Position numbers and translations under genes: made by a program. Shown in pieces: positions 17,567 to 28,364 of a DNA stretch of 64,000 nt (positions are counted from its first letter, which is position 1; every line of letters starts with the position of its first letter). The notes below the pieces were generated by a model that was not told the DNA's origin, made no database searches, and saw only the letters and a program-made list of their open reading frames with translations. The stretch comes from Candidatus Bathyarchaeota archaeon (GTDB lineage: Archaea > Thermoproteota > Bathyarchaeia > Bathyarchaeales > Bathycorpusculaceae): contig CAWABA010000006.1 of assembly GCA_963780185.1 (NCBI GenBank), positions 640,001-704,000 of the forward strand, read 5' to 3'.

Positions 17567-20392
17567 ATGGACAAGAACTTCGCTTTGGAAAAAGTCAAAG
17601 CCCTCACCGAAAAATATCAAGAAGCTGTGAAAGAGGGAAGGATCGCAAAGTACAATGAGGAAATGACTAAGAAGGATTTCATTCTTCCCTTGTTTGAGGC
17701 TCTCGGCTGGAAAACCACAGATTCAAGAGAAGTAACAGCCGAAGAGAAAATATCCAAGAAGAGAGTTGATTACGGTTTCAGGATTAACGATATTCCAAAA
17801 TTCTTCCTAGAAGCTAAATCGTTCAAAGAAGACCTGGACGAGAGAAAATACATTGAACAAGCCATAAGTTATTCTTGGCATAAAGGATGCACTTGGGCAG
17901 TATTAACAAATTTTGAAAGCGTAAAAATCTTTAATGCCGAAGTCAAAACCGAACACCCCTAGATGAGTCAACTTAAACCAACACTCCATTGTAACGAGTT
18001 TTTGGATAAATTTGATGAACTTTCGCTTCTGTCAAGAGAAAGTTTCGAAAAAGAACTTTTAGATAAAGAGGCAGAGAAATGGGGCAAAAAAGCAAAGAAA
18101 ATGCCCATCGATAAGCAACTGTTGGCTGACTTTACGCATTTCCGAGATATTCTTTCCAGGAACATTACAAAGCTCAATGGAAATAAGCATTTGAGCGAAG
18201 AAGAATTGGATGAATCGGTTCAGAGAATCTTAGACAGGCTAATTTTTATTAGGAATTGTGAAGATCGGGAACTTGAGCCTAAGATTCTCATCTCGAATTA
18301 TAGAGAATGGGAAAGTAAAGGCAGAGGGCAACTAATCAATAGTCTAAGAGAAACATTTTCTCACTTTGACGATGAATACAACAGTAAGATATTTGCTAAG
18401 CGCTTATGTGATGACTTGGATGTAGACAATGAAGTTCTGCATGAGGTAATAGAAGGGTTATACCGCAACAAAGACAATGAACCTTATGATTTTGCAATAA
18501 TTGATGCGGATGTTCTTGGGACAATTTATGAACAGTATTTAGGACATATTCTAAGAAAGACGGAAAAAAGAGCAAAAGTGACTGAAAACCATGCTCATAG
18601 GAAGGAACAGGGCATCTATTATACCCCAACTTTCATTGTAAAATACATAGTAGATAAAACCTTAGGAGAATTATTAAAAAGTAAAAAAATAGATGTTGAG
18701 AAAATCAGGGTTCTAGACCCTGCTTGTGGGTCTGGAAGCTTTCTGATAAAAGCTTTTGATGTGCTGAATGATTATTACAAAGAACACGACGAGAACTATA
18801 AGCAAACTCGACTAGATTTGGAATCAGGTATCCTCTTTAAAACAAAAAGTAGAATCTTGCAGAATAACATCTTTGGAGCTGACTTAGATAAGCAGGCAGT
18901 TGAAATTGCACAGCTTAATCTGCTATTAAAAATAGCAGAAAAAGGGCATCGTCTCCCATTGTTGGAACAAAACATCAAAAAAGGTAACTCAATAGTTGAT
19001 GAGGAAAAGACAGCAGGTTCAGTTGCCTTTGATTGGAACCAAGAATTCAAAGCAATTATGGATGAAGGTGGCTTTGATGTCGTAATTGGGAACCCACCGT
19101 ATGTTCGGCAAGAGGAATTGACTGAAATAAAGCCATACCTTGAGGCAACCTACGAAACCTACCATGGAATGGCGGACTTGTTCGTATATTTCTTTGAAAA
19201 AGAATTGAAGATACTTAAAGAAAATGGTTACTTTGGCATGATTGTTTCTAACAAATGGCTTAGAGCAGGTTATGGACGGAATCTTAGAAAATTCTTATCA
19301 GAATTCTGGATTGAAGAATTAATTGATTTTGGAGATTTGCCAGTATTCCCTGATGCGACAATATACCCTTGCATAATTCTAATGAAGAAAATTAAGAAGC
19401 AAAATCCGAAAATAAGAATCTGTAAAATGCAAACGTTGGAATTTGGTTCTCTTGAGGCTTATGTAAAAGACAATTCCTATTCAATTAACCAACCCGACTT
19501 GAGCGAAAAAGAATGGAACATTCAGAATAAAGGGGGGAATGAGTTACTTAGGAAAATACGGAATACAGGGATTTTAATTGAAGAGTATGTTGGCTCCAAT
19601 GTGTATTACGGTATCAAGACAGGTCTAAATGAAGCATTTATTATTGATGCGAAAAAGAGAGATGAGTTAATACATGAAGATTCAAAAAATCAGGAAATTA
19701 TCAAACCAATCATTAGCGGGGCGGAACTAAAACGGTATTCAATTAGGTCAAAGAAAAACTACATACTTTTTGCAAGAAGAGGTGTGGATATATCCCAATA
19801 TCCGTCCATTTTAAAACATCTGGAACAATTCAAAAATCAATTAACTCCTAAAAGAAGCAGAGACCAAGAAATTGGGCGAAAGCCTGGTCATTATAAATGG
19901 TATGAAATGCAAGACCCCACTGATTATTATAAGAAATTTGAAGAACCAAAGATACTGTGGGGAAATCTTACAACAAGGTCATCATTCTCTCTTGATGAGG
20001 TAAGCGGATTTTATGTCAATAATCCCGCATGTATTTTGCCAACCAATTCTAGATACGTTCTTGGCATCTTAAATTCTAAGCTGATGTCCTATTTTCTGAA
20101 ATCTATCTGTGCAGAAAGGCAGGGTGGCTTCATTGAGCAGAAGCCCGTTTACGTTTCTCAAGTTCGAATTAAGAAACCGACTGAAGCGCAAGAAATTGGT
20201 TTAACCCTGCAAGTGGAAAAAATGCTTCAGCTTAATGAAAAGCTACTTGAGATTGGCGACAAATTAACAGATGAACGCGCAAAAATTGAAAACGAAATAA
20301 AGAAAACTGATTCGACAATTGACGATTATGTTTACGCGATTTACGGCATAACTGACGCAGAGAAGAAAATCATAGAAAGTAATTCACAGTAA
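17567..20392 (+). CDS. type IIG-like restriction-modification fusion (HsdR_N-type nuclease + N6-adenine MTase + TaqI_C-like TRD), interrupted by in-frame TAG at 17960-17962
   Basis: RVDY..FFLEAK nuclease; GIYYTP, LDPACGSGSF, IGNPPY; both ORFs are in one frame (CCC TAG ATG). Confidence 0.85.
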
Positions 20393-20420
20393 GAAAATTA
20401 CCTAATCGGATGGATAATCT

Positions 20421-20855
20421 GTGGATAAACGAGTCTTGAATTGGTTACTAGAAAACAAAGGCAAAGTCTTTCCCTCGCCTAGAGATGAGGCGTTTGGAAG
20501 CAATACCAAAGATTTTGAAATAAGCAGTATTACGCAAGGTCGGGTCTACATAAAATTTGGCGGAAATAAATACGAAGCTTTACCGTTAGTTTTCCCAATG
20601 TTTGACCGCATTTTGGACTACTTGGCGAAAAACAAAACTAGGGCAGTTCGTATTGGTGCAAAAATCATTCCGCCGTACGACAACGACTCTCTTGAAGGTG
20701 CCATTTGGAAAGAACCGTATCCAGTTGGCACTGTTCCATACAAGGCATCCCCGCATGTATGTGACATTTTGTGTTTAGCTGGTTTAATCAAGTACGTTTC
20801 TGCGATTAATCCGATGACAGGCAGACGAGTGCAAGCCGTCAAGCTCAGAGAGTGA
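20421..20855 (+). CDS. hypothetical protein in defence-like island
   Basis: 144-aa ORF with GTGA coupling to the next gene. Confidence 0.7.
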   Translation: MDKRVLNWLLENKGKVFPSPRDEAFGSNTKDFEISSITQGRVYIKFGGNKYEALPLVFPMFDRILDYLAKNKTRAVRIGAKIIPPYDNDSLEGAIWKEPYPVGTVPYKASPHVCDILCLAGLIKYVSAINPMTGRRVQAVKLRE

Positions 20856-21755
20856 GTGTCTTGGATATCAAAGTTGCAGACGAAGTTTGGATTGGTTGTG
20901 CATTTCTTCATAAAGAAAACCCTCAAGAACTCGGATTCTCAAACAGTCAAATCGTAGACCGCATAAGGCAGGAGAACATCTTTGGGTCAATTAGACCTGG
21001 AATCCAAATACACATCTCAACACACTGCGTCGCCAACACTCCGGCCCAACCCAACAAATGCCGCATGTTATACAAACTGCCCGATGGAAGAAAACGCCTT
21101 TTTAAAGAAACGGACGACTTTCACGAAAGTCGTCAAAATGGAAAAACAACTCCAAACACGGAAGATATCCCTAAGAAATACCTTTTCCTGATAGATTGGT
21201 ACGTGAGTGAATACAATAATGAGAGCAAGAGAACTGAAATTCCGCCCCCTCTTCCACAGCCGCCTATTCCTACCAAGATTATTTCGTTGAAAGAAAATCA
21301 ACTTCAAGAGTTTACTTACAAATGTCCGAAGCCAACAAAGTCTAGGTCCTGCAAAGATTGTGCGCTATTCTTAGGGGAAGATACCATAAAGAGGTCTCTT
21401 GAAGCCGCGCTATCAGCTGAAGGCTGGAAAGTAAAGACATCAATGGGCAGGAAACACGGCATAGACATAATCGCGACAGACAAACAAGACCATGTAATGC
21501 TCATAGAAGCAAAAGGTGAAGGCTCAAGAAATGCAATGCGAGTCAACTACTTTCTAATGGTTCTCGGTGAGTCTGCTACAAAAGATGGATTCATCAAACA
21601 AAATTTACGGGTTGGCGCTTCCTGCATACCGGCAGTATGCAAATCTTGTTATTAATTTGCCTGATTGGATAAAGCACCAATTGAAACTTAGAATTTATTT
21701 GGTTAAGCAACAAGAAAGCGGCGAATATCAGATCGGCTTGGTTGAATACAATTAA
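20852..21755 (+). CDS. unknown N-terminal domain fused to PD-(D/E)xK nuclease; +1 frameshift near 21571
   Basis: HGIDIIA...LIEAKGEGS; removing one T in GAG-T-CTG joins LGE to LLQKMD...YGLALP. Confidence 0.7.
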
Positions 21756-21889
21756 GCCAAGTTTGCGCGCAAAAACGGGTGGATTAGGTCAGTTTGAACC
21801 CCCGCCCGAATGGAGACGCCACTCCCAAAACCCATTTTTCTAAAGATTAAATAGATAATCCGTTCAATTGGTTGGTAATGGCGGGTTAA

Positions 21890-23167
21890 TTGGATAGAGA
21901 TTTTCTCGTAGATTACAAATACAGAGAGGATGAATACTATACCAGATTTGTTGAGGACATCTGCAACCGAAAGTTCGTCATCGGGAAAGATGAATCACCT
22001 TACAAGAATAGGTACGTAAACCTTCAAAGACCTGTTACAGAGTTGAACAGATCGAATGAAAACAAATTCAAGGAGACTATGTGGGCCCAGATTCCTTTCA
22101 GCGGCTCCTCAATTATTGCTTTGCCCGCCTTTTCTAAGGTTGATTTTGAGGAACAGTTCTTTGACACAAGAGATATACCCAAAATTGTAGATTTCATAAA
22201 GGAAACGGGAAGGCTTCAATTTGCCCTTCCAGATTACATATTAGATTATGAAGGGCTTGATTTCTTGGACCCGATATTTCTCGAACTAAAGCCTCCTGCA
22301 TATCATTTGACGCCTATGGGAGCATTTGCGTCGGACGAGGAAATACGAAATGCAATCAACGAGTTTACGACGGTTGCAGAAATCAACTTTACAAAGTTTT
22401 TGGATTTTCGCAAAGCAGAAGGAGTACCACTACGAAATCTCGTGTCTGCTTATGTAGGCGCTCAGATGACTTTTGTGACCCTTAAACTAACCAAAAATTC
22501 TCTCGCCAGAGAGGCTGAAAAGCTTTTGGTTGATGATCCAGTTCAAGCCATAAGGCTCTTGGCGCTTGCTAATATTTTTATTGAAATTCCTGCGTTTAAT
22601 TTGCTTGTAAATAGTTTTAATTTTCCAATGGATCGAATCAAAGAAGCAGAATTGTATCCTGTGAATGTTCACCCAAAAAACATTCAATTTGAACATGAGA
22701 TAGGGAAGTTCTTGCTAACAAAACTGACATATGCCCCTCAAGGTTTGGATGCATGCAAAGAAATAATGTATCGATATGACAAAAACGACCTGCGAAAAGT
22801 GCAAAAATCCTTGAATCAATCCATAGTAGAAAACAATCCTCAAGCTGTTAACTCAAGCGCCATCGAGTTATCAGAGATTCTCGGAAACGTTTGGGACGAC
22901 AAAACGATACCCCTAAGAATTAAAGGCTTGAAAATCGGTCTACCCCTTTCAATGGCCGCGATTGGAAGCGTTGCGGCTGGACCGATAGGCACAGCAAGCG
23001 GCTTGCTCGCTGGACTTGGATTTGATGTCTTAAACCAGATGATAGACCTGAAGACCGATGGACTATCGGAAAAACTTGCAAAAATTAAAACTAAAAGCTA
23101 TCAAGCAAACATTTACGATTTCAAGGCAAAATATAAAGACCGAATGGTCTTAGATCGCCCAACATAG
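21890..23167 (+). CDS. hypothetical protein with C-terminal glycine-rich hydrophobic hairpin
   Basis: 425-aa AT-rich ORF; GLPLSMAAIGSVAAGPIGTASGLLAGLG near the C-terminus. Confidence 0.75.
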   Translation: MDRDFLVDYKYREDEYYTRFVEDICNRKFVIGKDESPYKNRYVNLQRPVTELNRSNENKFKETMWAQIPFSGSSIIALPAFSKVDFEEQFFDTRDIPKIVDFIKETGRLQFALPDYILDYEGLDFLDPIFLELKPPAYHLTPMGAFASDEEIRNAINEFTTVAEINFTKFLDFRKAEGVPLRNLVSAYVGAQMTFVTLKLTKNSLAREAEKLLVDDPVQAIRLLALANIFIEIPAFNLLVNSFNFPMDRIKEAELYPVNVHPKNIQFEHEIGKFLLTKLTYAPQGLDACKEIMYRYDKNDLRKVQKSLNQSIVENNPQAVNSSAIELSEILGNVWDDKTIPLRIKGLKIGLPLSMAAIGSVAAGPIGTASGLLAGLGFDVLNQMIDLKTDGLSEKLAKIKTKSYQANIYDFKAKYKDRMVLDRPT

Positions 23168-23323
23168 CAACAGAGGATTTGGTCCAAAGAGTAGGAGAGG
23201 AAATTCACCCCCAATGCATCTGGAGATTTCAGCTGCGAGACACATCTTTTTAATTCTTGTTTGCGTTTGCTCCGTATGTTTTTTTAACTGGTTTTGCAAT
23301 TTATGGGTGGAGAGTTTGTTTGC

Positions 23324-23953
23324 ATGGATAGATCTGCTATTATCTTGGCTGTGGATTCGCGGGGCGAGTTCAGTGAGGACAAGGCGTTTTTGAAAGTTGA
23401 CGGCAAGCCTTTGCTGAATCGCGTTGTCGACGCGGTTAAGGGCATTGTCGGCGAAGTCTTGGTGGTTACTGCCTCAAAGGAGCAGTCGGACTTGTATGGC
23501 AAGTTGGTTTCGTCGGCTAACGTTCAGTTTGCCGAAATTGATGATGCGCCGAAGGGGGATTTGGCTGCTGCACTGGCGGGTTTGGAGGTTGCGCAGGGCG
23601 ATTATTCAGTGCTTTTGCCATTTGATGCGCCGTTTATTTCCAGAGAGGTTGTGTCGCTGCTTTTCGACTTGTCACCACGCAAGTCTGCGGTTGTGCCCCG
23701 TTGGCCTGACTGCTTGTGTGAGCCTTTGCAGTCGGTTTATCATTCTGAGTTGGCGATGGCGGCGGCGCAAAAAGCGTTGGCTGCAGGCGAGTCTGGGGCA
23801 GAGGCAATCGCTGGCTGTCTGCGTGGGGTACGCTATATTTCAACGTTGGTTATTGAGCAGTTGGATCCTGACTTCAAAACTTTCTTTCGGGTTACCACGC
23901 CTCTGGATCTGAAGCAAGCCGCGGTGATGGCTAAGCCTCGAAGGCACCAATAG
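23324..23953 (+). CDS. mobA: molybdenum cofactor guanylyltransferase-like NTP transferase
   Basis: SAIILA...DKAFL.VDGKPLL, LPFDAPF, EPLQSVY; the canonical AGG.S.R loop is degenerate. Confidence 0.75.
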   Translation: MDRSAIILAVDSRGEFSEDKAFLKVDGKPLLNRVVDAVKGIVGEVLVVTASKEQSDLYGKLVSSANVQFAEIDDAPKGDLAAALAGLEVAQGDYSVLLPFDAPFISREVVSLLFDLSPRKSAVVPRWPDCLCEPLQSVYHSELAMAAAQKALAAGESGAEAIAGCLRGVRYISTLVIEQLDPDFKTFFRVTTPLDLKQAAVMAKPRRHQ

Positions 23954-24023
23954 CTTGCCTGCTTGTTGTAGTGCATATACAGTCACATTGTTTTTTATGC
24001 TTGCATTAGGCATTAAATGTGAT

Positions 24024-24157
24024 TAAGCGCAGAGGCGATAAGTTCTTTGCGTTTAGCAAGTGAATGGTTGACTGTGACGCAAGCTGTTAAGTAATGTTCC
24101 CCACTCTCTCTTCCGAACACCTTTTTGGCTTGCGCCATAGTCAAAACCATCATTTGC
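24024..24157 (+). ncRNA. candidate structured RNA leader (two long hairpins) upstream of tfs
   Basis: 12-bp stem 24024-24035/24044-24055 and ~28-bp stem 24056-24085/24127-24157, with six G-U pairs on the + strand. Confidence 0.55.
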
Positions 24158-24188
24158 CAAATAATTTTTAAAAAAGGAGACTTAAACT

Positions 24189-24533
24189 ATGGATTTTTGT
24201 ACCCAATGCGGTTCACGACTAGTCCCGAAAAAAATTAACTTGGGAACGCAAGAGATGCTTATGCTTGTCTGCACCAAATGCCACTTTAAAAAACAGGACC
24301 CCGCCGCGGCAGCTCGCAACGGCAAAGTCTTTGAGCATGACCCGAAGCAGTTTGTCGCCGTCATAGGCAAAGAAGAACAGCTTAACACGTTACCAACGCT
24401 GCAAATCAGCTGCCCCCAATGCGGAAACAACACCGCCAACGTCTGGCAAGTGCAAACACGAGGATTGGATGAGTCGTCAACCCAGTTTTTCCGATGTATA
24501 CAATGCGGCTACACCTACCGAGAAACCACCTAA
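24189..24533 (+). CDS. tfs: transcription factor S (TFS/RpoM)
   Basis: FCTQCGS..CTKC; CPQCGN...QTRGLDESSTQFFRCIQCGYTYRE. Confidence 0.92.
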   Translation: MDFCTQCGSRLVPKKINLGTQEMLMLVCTKCHFKKQDPAAAARNGKVFEHDPKQFVAVIGKEEQLNTLPTLQISCPQCGNNTANVWQVQTRGLDESSTQFFRCIQCGYTYRETT

Positions 24534-24616
24534 AGCGGCTTCTGAGGCTGGCGAGGCACAGCGACATGCGCCTAAAACCGCGGGTTTGCCTCTTTCCTCG
24601 ACAGTTTTTAGCATTT

Positions 24617-24943
24617 TCAGCGTTGAGCTTGGTGTGCCTCGGATTCCTTTATGCGCCGGTTAACGGCGTCTACTTTGTCTTGCATAGTTCTGGGTTTGTC
24701 TCTTCGGTCATCAATCCGCAAGCTTGACGATATTCGTTTGGCTCCCATGGCTGCGAGGGCTTCGTGTGCTTTTCCTACAGCTTCAAATATGGTGTCCAAG
24801 CTGTTCGCGGCGAGAATAGTACCCATAGATGTAACTTCAAAATCCAGCCCCGCCACACTGCGAAACGCCAAAACCGCCTCCGCCACGTAACGGCTGACAC
24901 TTGTTTCGCCAGAGCCGACGGGCACAATGCTGAACTCAGCCAT
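24617..24943 (-). CDS. MTH1187-family thiamine-binding protein
   Basis: AEFSIVPVG..TSVSRYVA...SMGT...LRIDDRRDK. Confidence 0.88.
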   Translation of the reverse strand: MAEFSIVPVGSGETSVSRYVAEAVLAFRSVAGLDFEVTSMGTILAANSLDTIFEAVGKAHEALAAMGAKRISSSLRIDDRRDKPRTMQDKVDAVNRRIKESEAHQAQR

Positions 24944-25012
24944 CACACAATAACTCTTAACCAAACAGGACGCCTCAGCCTGAACTATTTTTGGCTTGCC
25001 ATATTAAGTTTC

Positions 25013-25717
25013 TCAGGGTCTCTTTGCTGCGTCATTAACCGCGCCTGTGCTTGGCTTGCGTTTCCGCGTCAAAAGCATGGCTGCCAAGATGCAGAAAACA
25101 ACCAGCAGCGCCAGCGTCAGCCCCGTGTATGCTAGCCCGATTTTGCCGCCCAGAACCTCGTAAATGCCGACAAGCCCGAACACGATGAAAATCAGGGCTG
25201 AAGCCCACTTGAGGATTTTTTCTGGGATATGCTTGCCTAAGACGACTCCGATTGCGATTCCTAATCCGTCGGCAACCAGCATGCCCAGCACCGCCCCAAG
25301 CAACACCGCCACCGCGCTCTGGTATTCAGCGGCTAAACTGATGGTTGTAAGCTGGGTTTTGTCTCCGAATTCGGCGATGAAGAAGGCGACGGCGACTGCT
25401 CCGACGACTCCGAAGCGGCTTGGCTTGGGGTTTTCGTCTTTGGGTTTTTCAGGTCGCAGGGTCCATAATCCGAAGCCGATGAATGACAGCGATGCGGCAA
25501 GTGAAATCACGTCAAGAGGCACGACGGTGGTTATGAGTTGACCGACGACCACCATGATTGCAAAGTTAGCCATTGTCGCCAGAAAGATTCCGAAGAGCAC
25601 TTTGTAGGGGTTGTGTTTAGCGGCAAGCGACATAGCTATAAACTGGGTTTTGTCGCCCATCTCAGCCACCAATATGAGACCAAAAGAAGCCGTAAAGGCT
25701 GCAACGCTAAACGCTAA
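25013..25717 (-). CDS. TMEM165/GDT1 family Mn2+/Ca2+ transporter (start uncertain)
   Basis: Two E-x-G-D-K-T-Q motifs (AEMGDKTQ, AEFGDKTQ); frame stays open upstream of the 25672 TTG. Confidence 0.88.
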   Translation of the reverse strand, partial: LAFSVAAFTASFGLILVAEMGDKTQFIAMSLAAKHNPYKVLFGIFLATMANFAIMVVVGQLITTVVPLDVISLAASLSFIGFGLWTLRPEKPKDENPKPSRFGVVGAVAVAFFIAEFGDKTQLTTISLAAEYQSAVAVLLGAVLGMLVADGLGIAIGVVLGKHIPEKILKWASALIFIVFGLVGIYEVLGGKIGLAYTGLTLALLVVFCILAAMLLTRKRKPSTGAVNDAAKRP

Positions 25718-25797
25718 CCACGTGTTCCATCGACGCCTATTGTTTGATGGGTTATTTTTTTGCCCGCCTCTTTATTTACCTTCCACCCGCTGGCAGA

Positions 25798-26802
25798 CTA
25801 AACGGGTGGTTTAGCAATGTTTCGACTGCCCAAAGTTTTAGTCCACTGCATGAACTCGTCCGTGGGCGGAGCTTCTCGGTAAAGCTGGGTGCGTTTGGAC
25901 TCCAAGAAAAGGTTCGCTTCGCCTGCGTACTCTGCCGCGGTCACGACGCTGTGCCCCGCCGCCGAAGCCGCCGTGAAAACCCCGTTAAGCTTACTTTTCC
26001 ACGCTTCATCCCGTAGCGCATGATGCTCAACAATCGTCACTGGCACTGAGGCAGCAATGCGTTCAAGATTCTGCAGAGCCCGCTCCAACTGCGACGCCGC
26101 AACCTTGAAGCCTTCCAGATACGTTGGCGGACCACCCAGCATGACCACGGTCGGCTCAACCTCCAAAATGGCTTCAAGCGTCGTCTGCGTCATGGGTCCT
26201 TGCACGTCAGGCGCAAACATGAACCGCTCATCCCCGAACTCAACAACCGCCATGATAACCCAGCCCAACATCGAATCCTGCGAGCCATGCGCAACGGGTT
26301 CCGAGAAACGGAGCTTTGTCTTGCCGTAGGTGAAGGTTTTGCCGTCTGCCGCCGCGAAGGTTTTGGCGTGTTTACCGCCTGTCTGCTGGAAAATCCATGC
26401 CCGCTGCCTCTGGCTCGCGTTGATTTTTTCCTTCGGGTTCTTGGCAAGCACCTCTTTGCCCAGGTAGATTTGCTTTGCCGTCTCGGTTGCCTCTGTCCAG
26501 TTGACCACCCAGTCTTCGAAGGATGGTGTGTGATGGTCAAAGTGGTAGTGGCTAATGGTCACGACCTGCGCGCGTTCGGCTGCCTCAGCGATTTTTTGGC
26601 GCATCTTGATGATAGCTTGGAACTCCGTGGGGTGCGGCGGCAAACCGAAGCGCCAGGGGCAAAGCGAAACCCCCGCGTCCAAAAGCATCACAACGTCAGG
26701 CGTCTCAACCTGCGTGCACATGCTGCGGACGCCGAAGCTTTCCGCTGCCAAAGGCGTTACCTTGATGCTGCAAAGGGGGCTGCTTGCGGGTTGGTTTGCC
26801 AT
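25798..26802 (-). CDS. MBL-fold metallo-hydrolase (UPF0282-like)
   Basis: PLAAESFGVRSM, ISHYHFDH, DVQGP, EHHALRD. Confidence 0.85.
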   Translation of the reverse strand: MANQPASSPLCSIKVTPLAAESFGVRSMCTQVETPDVVMLLDAGVSLCPWRFGLPPHPTEFQAIIKMRQKIAEAAERAQVVTISHYHFDHHTPSFEDWVVNWTEATETAKQIYLGKEVLAKNPKEKINASQRQRAWIFQQTGGKHAKTFAAADGKTFTYGKTKLRFSEPVAHGSQDSMLGWVIMAVVEFGDERFMFAPDVQGPMTQTTLEAILEVEPTVVMLGGPPTYLEGFKVAASQLERALQNLERIAASVPVTIVEHHALRDEAWKSKLNGVFTAASAAGHSVVTAAEYAGEANLFLESKRTQLYREAPPTDEFMQWTKTLGSRNIAKPPV

Positions 26803-26862
26803 TTTCCGTGTGAACCTACGCTATTTGCCTATGCGGCTGGATGCTAAATGGGTTGTGCCTCG

Positions 26863-26897
26863 CCATTTTTACTTTGAAATTTTGATGTAAAAAATAG
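26863..26897. repeat. dispersed dyad CCATTTTTAC-N14-GTAAAAA(A)T, copy 1
   Basis: Same left arm and 14-nt spacer ending in GAT as 53654-53687. Confidence 0.55.
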
Positions 26898-27104
26898 ACC
26901 CCCCCCTACCCAACGCCAAGCAGGGCTTGTTCCATGCTGTTTTATTGGTTTAGCGTTTGCAGGGGACTCAGAATTTTAGCAGGTCAGAAAAAGGATTGCA
27001 AGCACCACGGAAGAATCTTTAGCGTTATTGCACGTAGTAGCTTTTGTACGGCACCTAAAAAAAGCAACTTTCTTGACAAATCTATTGTTTCCGCAAAAAA
27101 GTCT

Positions 27105-28364
27105 CTATGCATGTCGCTTGAGTTTCAATTTAAAAATGAAGAATAACACGAGGGATGAGACTACGATAATCGTCCCGACGGAGGCAAGCAAAACTACAGC
27201 ACTAAGATTATACTTGGGACTTGCTGCTGTGGAAGCAACTGCGTATGTGAGGTCATAGTCGCGTCCGACTCCCCCTATTCCGCCGCTTTCAGAATGCTTC
27301 TGGTAAATGACACTGGGAATGCCATGCGCGTCTAAGGCTAAGGGAGCAGCCCTTGTCACGCTTGTATCCACGGTCTGAACGCTCCATTTGCTTCCAACCT
27401 GGACTGCGTAGTTTAAGGCGCGTATTTGGTCGTACGCTTTATCCTTGATGTAACCGTCAACAAAGTAACTTACGTGAGGGTTGTTGCTTGAATCCAATTT
27501 AAGGTAACTATCTCCGACATACTTGTTCGGGTCAATCGTCTGAATATCCCAAGAGATGCCGTTCCAGCTTGCATACTTCAAACCGTTATTGGCGTAACTT
27601 ATGTGGGGGTAACCGTTGGAATTTACGGCGATAGATGGCTGAGGCGCAGAAACTTGCATGGAGTCTACTGTTTGAATGTTCCAACTACCATTTCCGCTTA
27701 GGGTAGCATACTTCAGGAGACCTGTGCCGTTGCTGTCGCTGAGGCTGCTCTCTCCGAAATAACAAAGATGCGCGTTTCCTGAGATGTCCAGGCAAATTGA
27801 AGGGTACCAATATACTTCTTGACCCGAATCCACTGTTTGAACATCCCAGCCAGACCCATTCCAAACGGCGTATTTCAAATCCAAATTTCCAGGAACTGTG
27901 CCGTTACTTTCTTGGTAACTATAAGCGACATGTGGATTCCCACTTGAATCCAGAGCCATAGCAAAATAGTACGGTCTGATTGTTGAGGCAACAGTCTGAG
28001 TGGTCCAACCTGAACTATTTGAAGAGGCATACCGAATCCCCCAAGAGTTGCCGTTTACATAGGCATAAATCACATGTGGGTTGTTATTTGAATCTAACGC
28101 CAGTTGACCGTTGCTGCCTGAAGAGTCTATGCTTTGGGTGACCCAGTCGCTGCCTGCTAACACGGCGTAGTTTAAGCCGTTTGCATTATCGTAGCAAATA
28201 TGGGGATTATTATCAGAATCTACGGCGACAGCGGGCAGTATGCCGATTGGGTCCACAATCGACGTGGTCCACGCCAAGCGCCCGTGGGCTTGAGTTACGC
28301 ACTGGGCAACTAGCATTATCAGTAGAATTGCCGAAACCACTTTAGCCTTCGCCATGTAGCTCAA
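27105..28364 (-). CDS. secreted beta-propeller-like repeat protein with C-terminal membrane anchor
   Basis: Signal peptide; about 7 repeats of LDSxxNPHxxY...LKYA..W..QTVD; C-terminal TM plus basic tail. Confidence 0.82.
   Translation of the reverse strand: MSYMAKAKVVSAILLIMLVAQCVTQAHGRLAWTTSIVDPIGILPAVAVDSDNNPHICYDNANGLNYAVLAGSDWVTQSIDSSGSNGQLALDSNNNPHVIYAYVNGNSWGIRYASSNSSGWTTQTVASTIRPYYFAMALDSSGNPHVAYSYQESNGTVPGNLDLKYAVWNGSGWDVQTVDSGQEVYWYPSICLDISGNAHLCYFGESSLSDSNGTGLLKYATLSGNGSWNIQTVDSMQVSAPQPSIAVNSNGYPHISYANNGLKYASWNGISWDIQTIDPNKYVGDSYLKLDSSNNPHVSYFVDGYIKDKAYDQIRALNYAVQVGSKWSVQTVDTSVTRAAPLALDAHGIPSVIYQKHSESGGIGGVGRDYDLTYAVASTAASPKYNLSAVVLLASVGTIIVVSSLVLFFIFKLKLKRHA

Noticed and set aside
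21777-21805. GGTGGATTAGGTCAGTTTGAACCCCCG resembling the reverse complement of a tRNA 3' end (att scar)
   Set aside because: T-stem and acceptor stem do not pair and there is no matching tRNA in the window
25718-25797. yybP-ykoY Mn riboswitch before the GDT1 gene
   Set aside because: Spacer is only ~80 nt and lacks the recognisable motif
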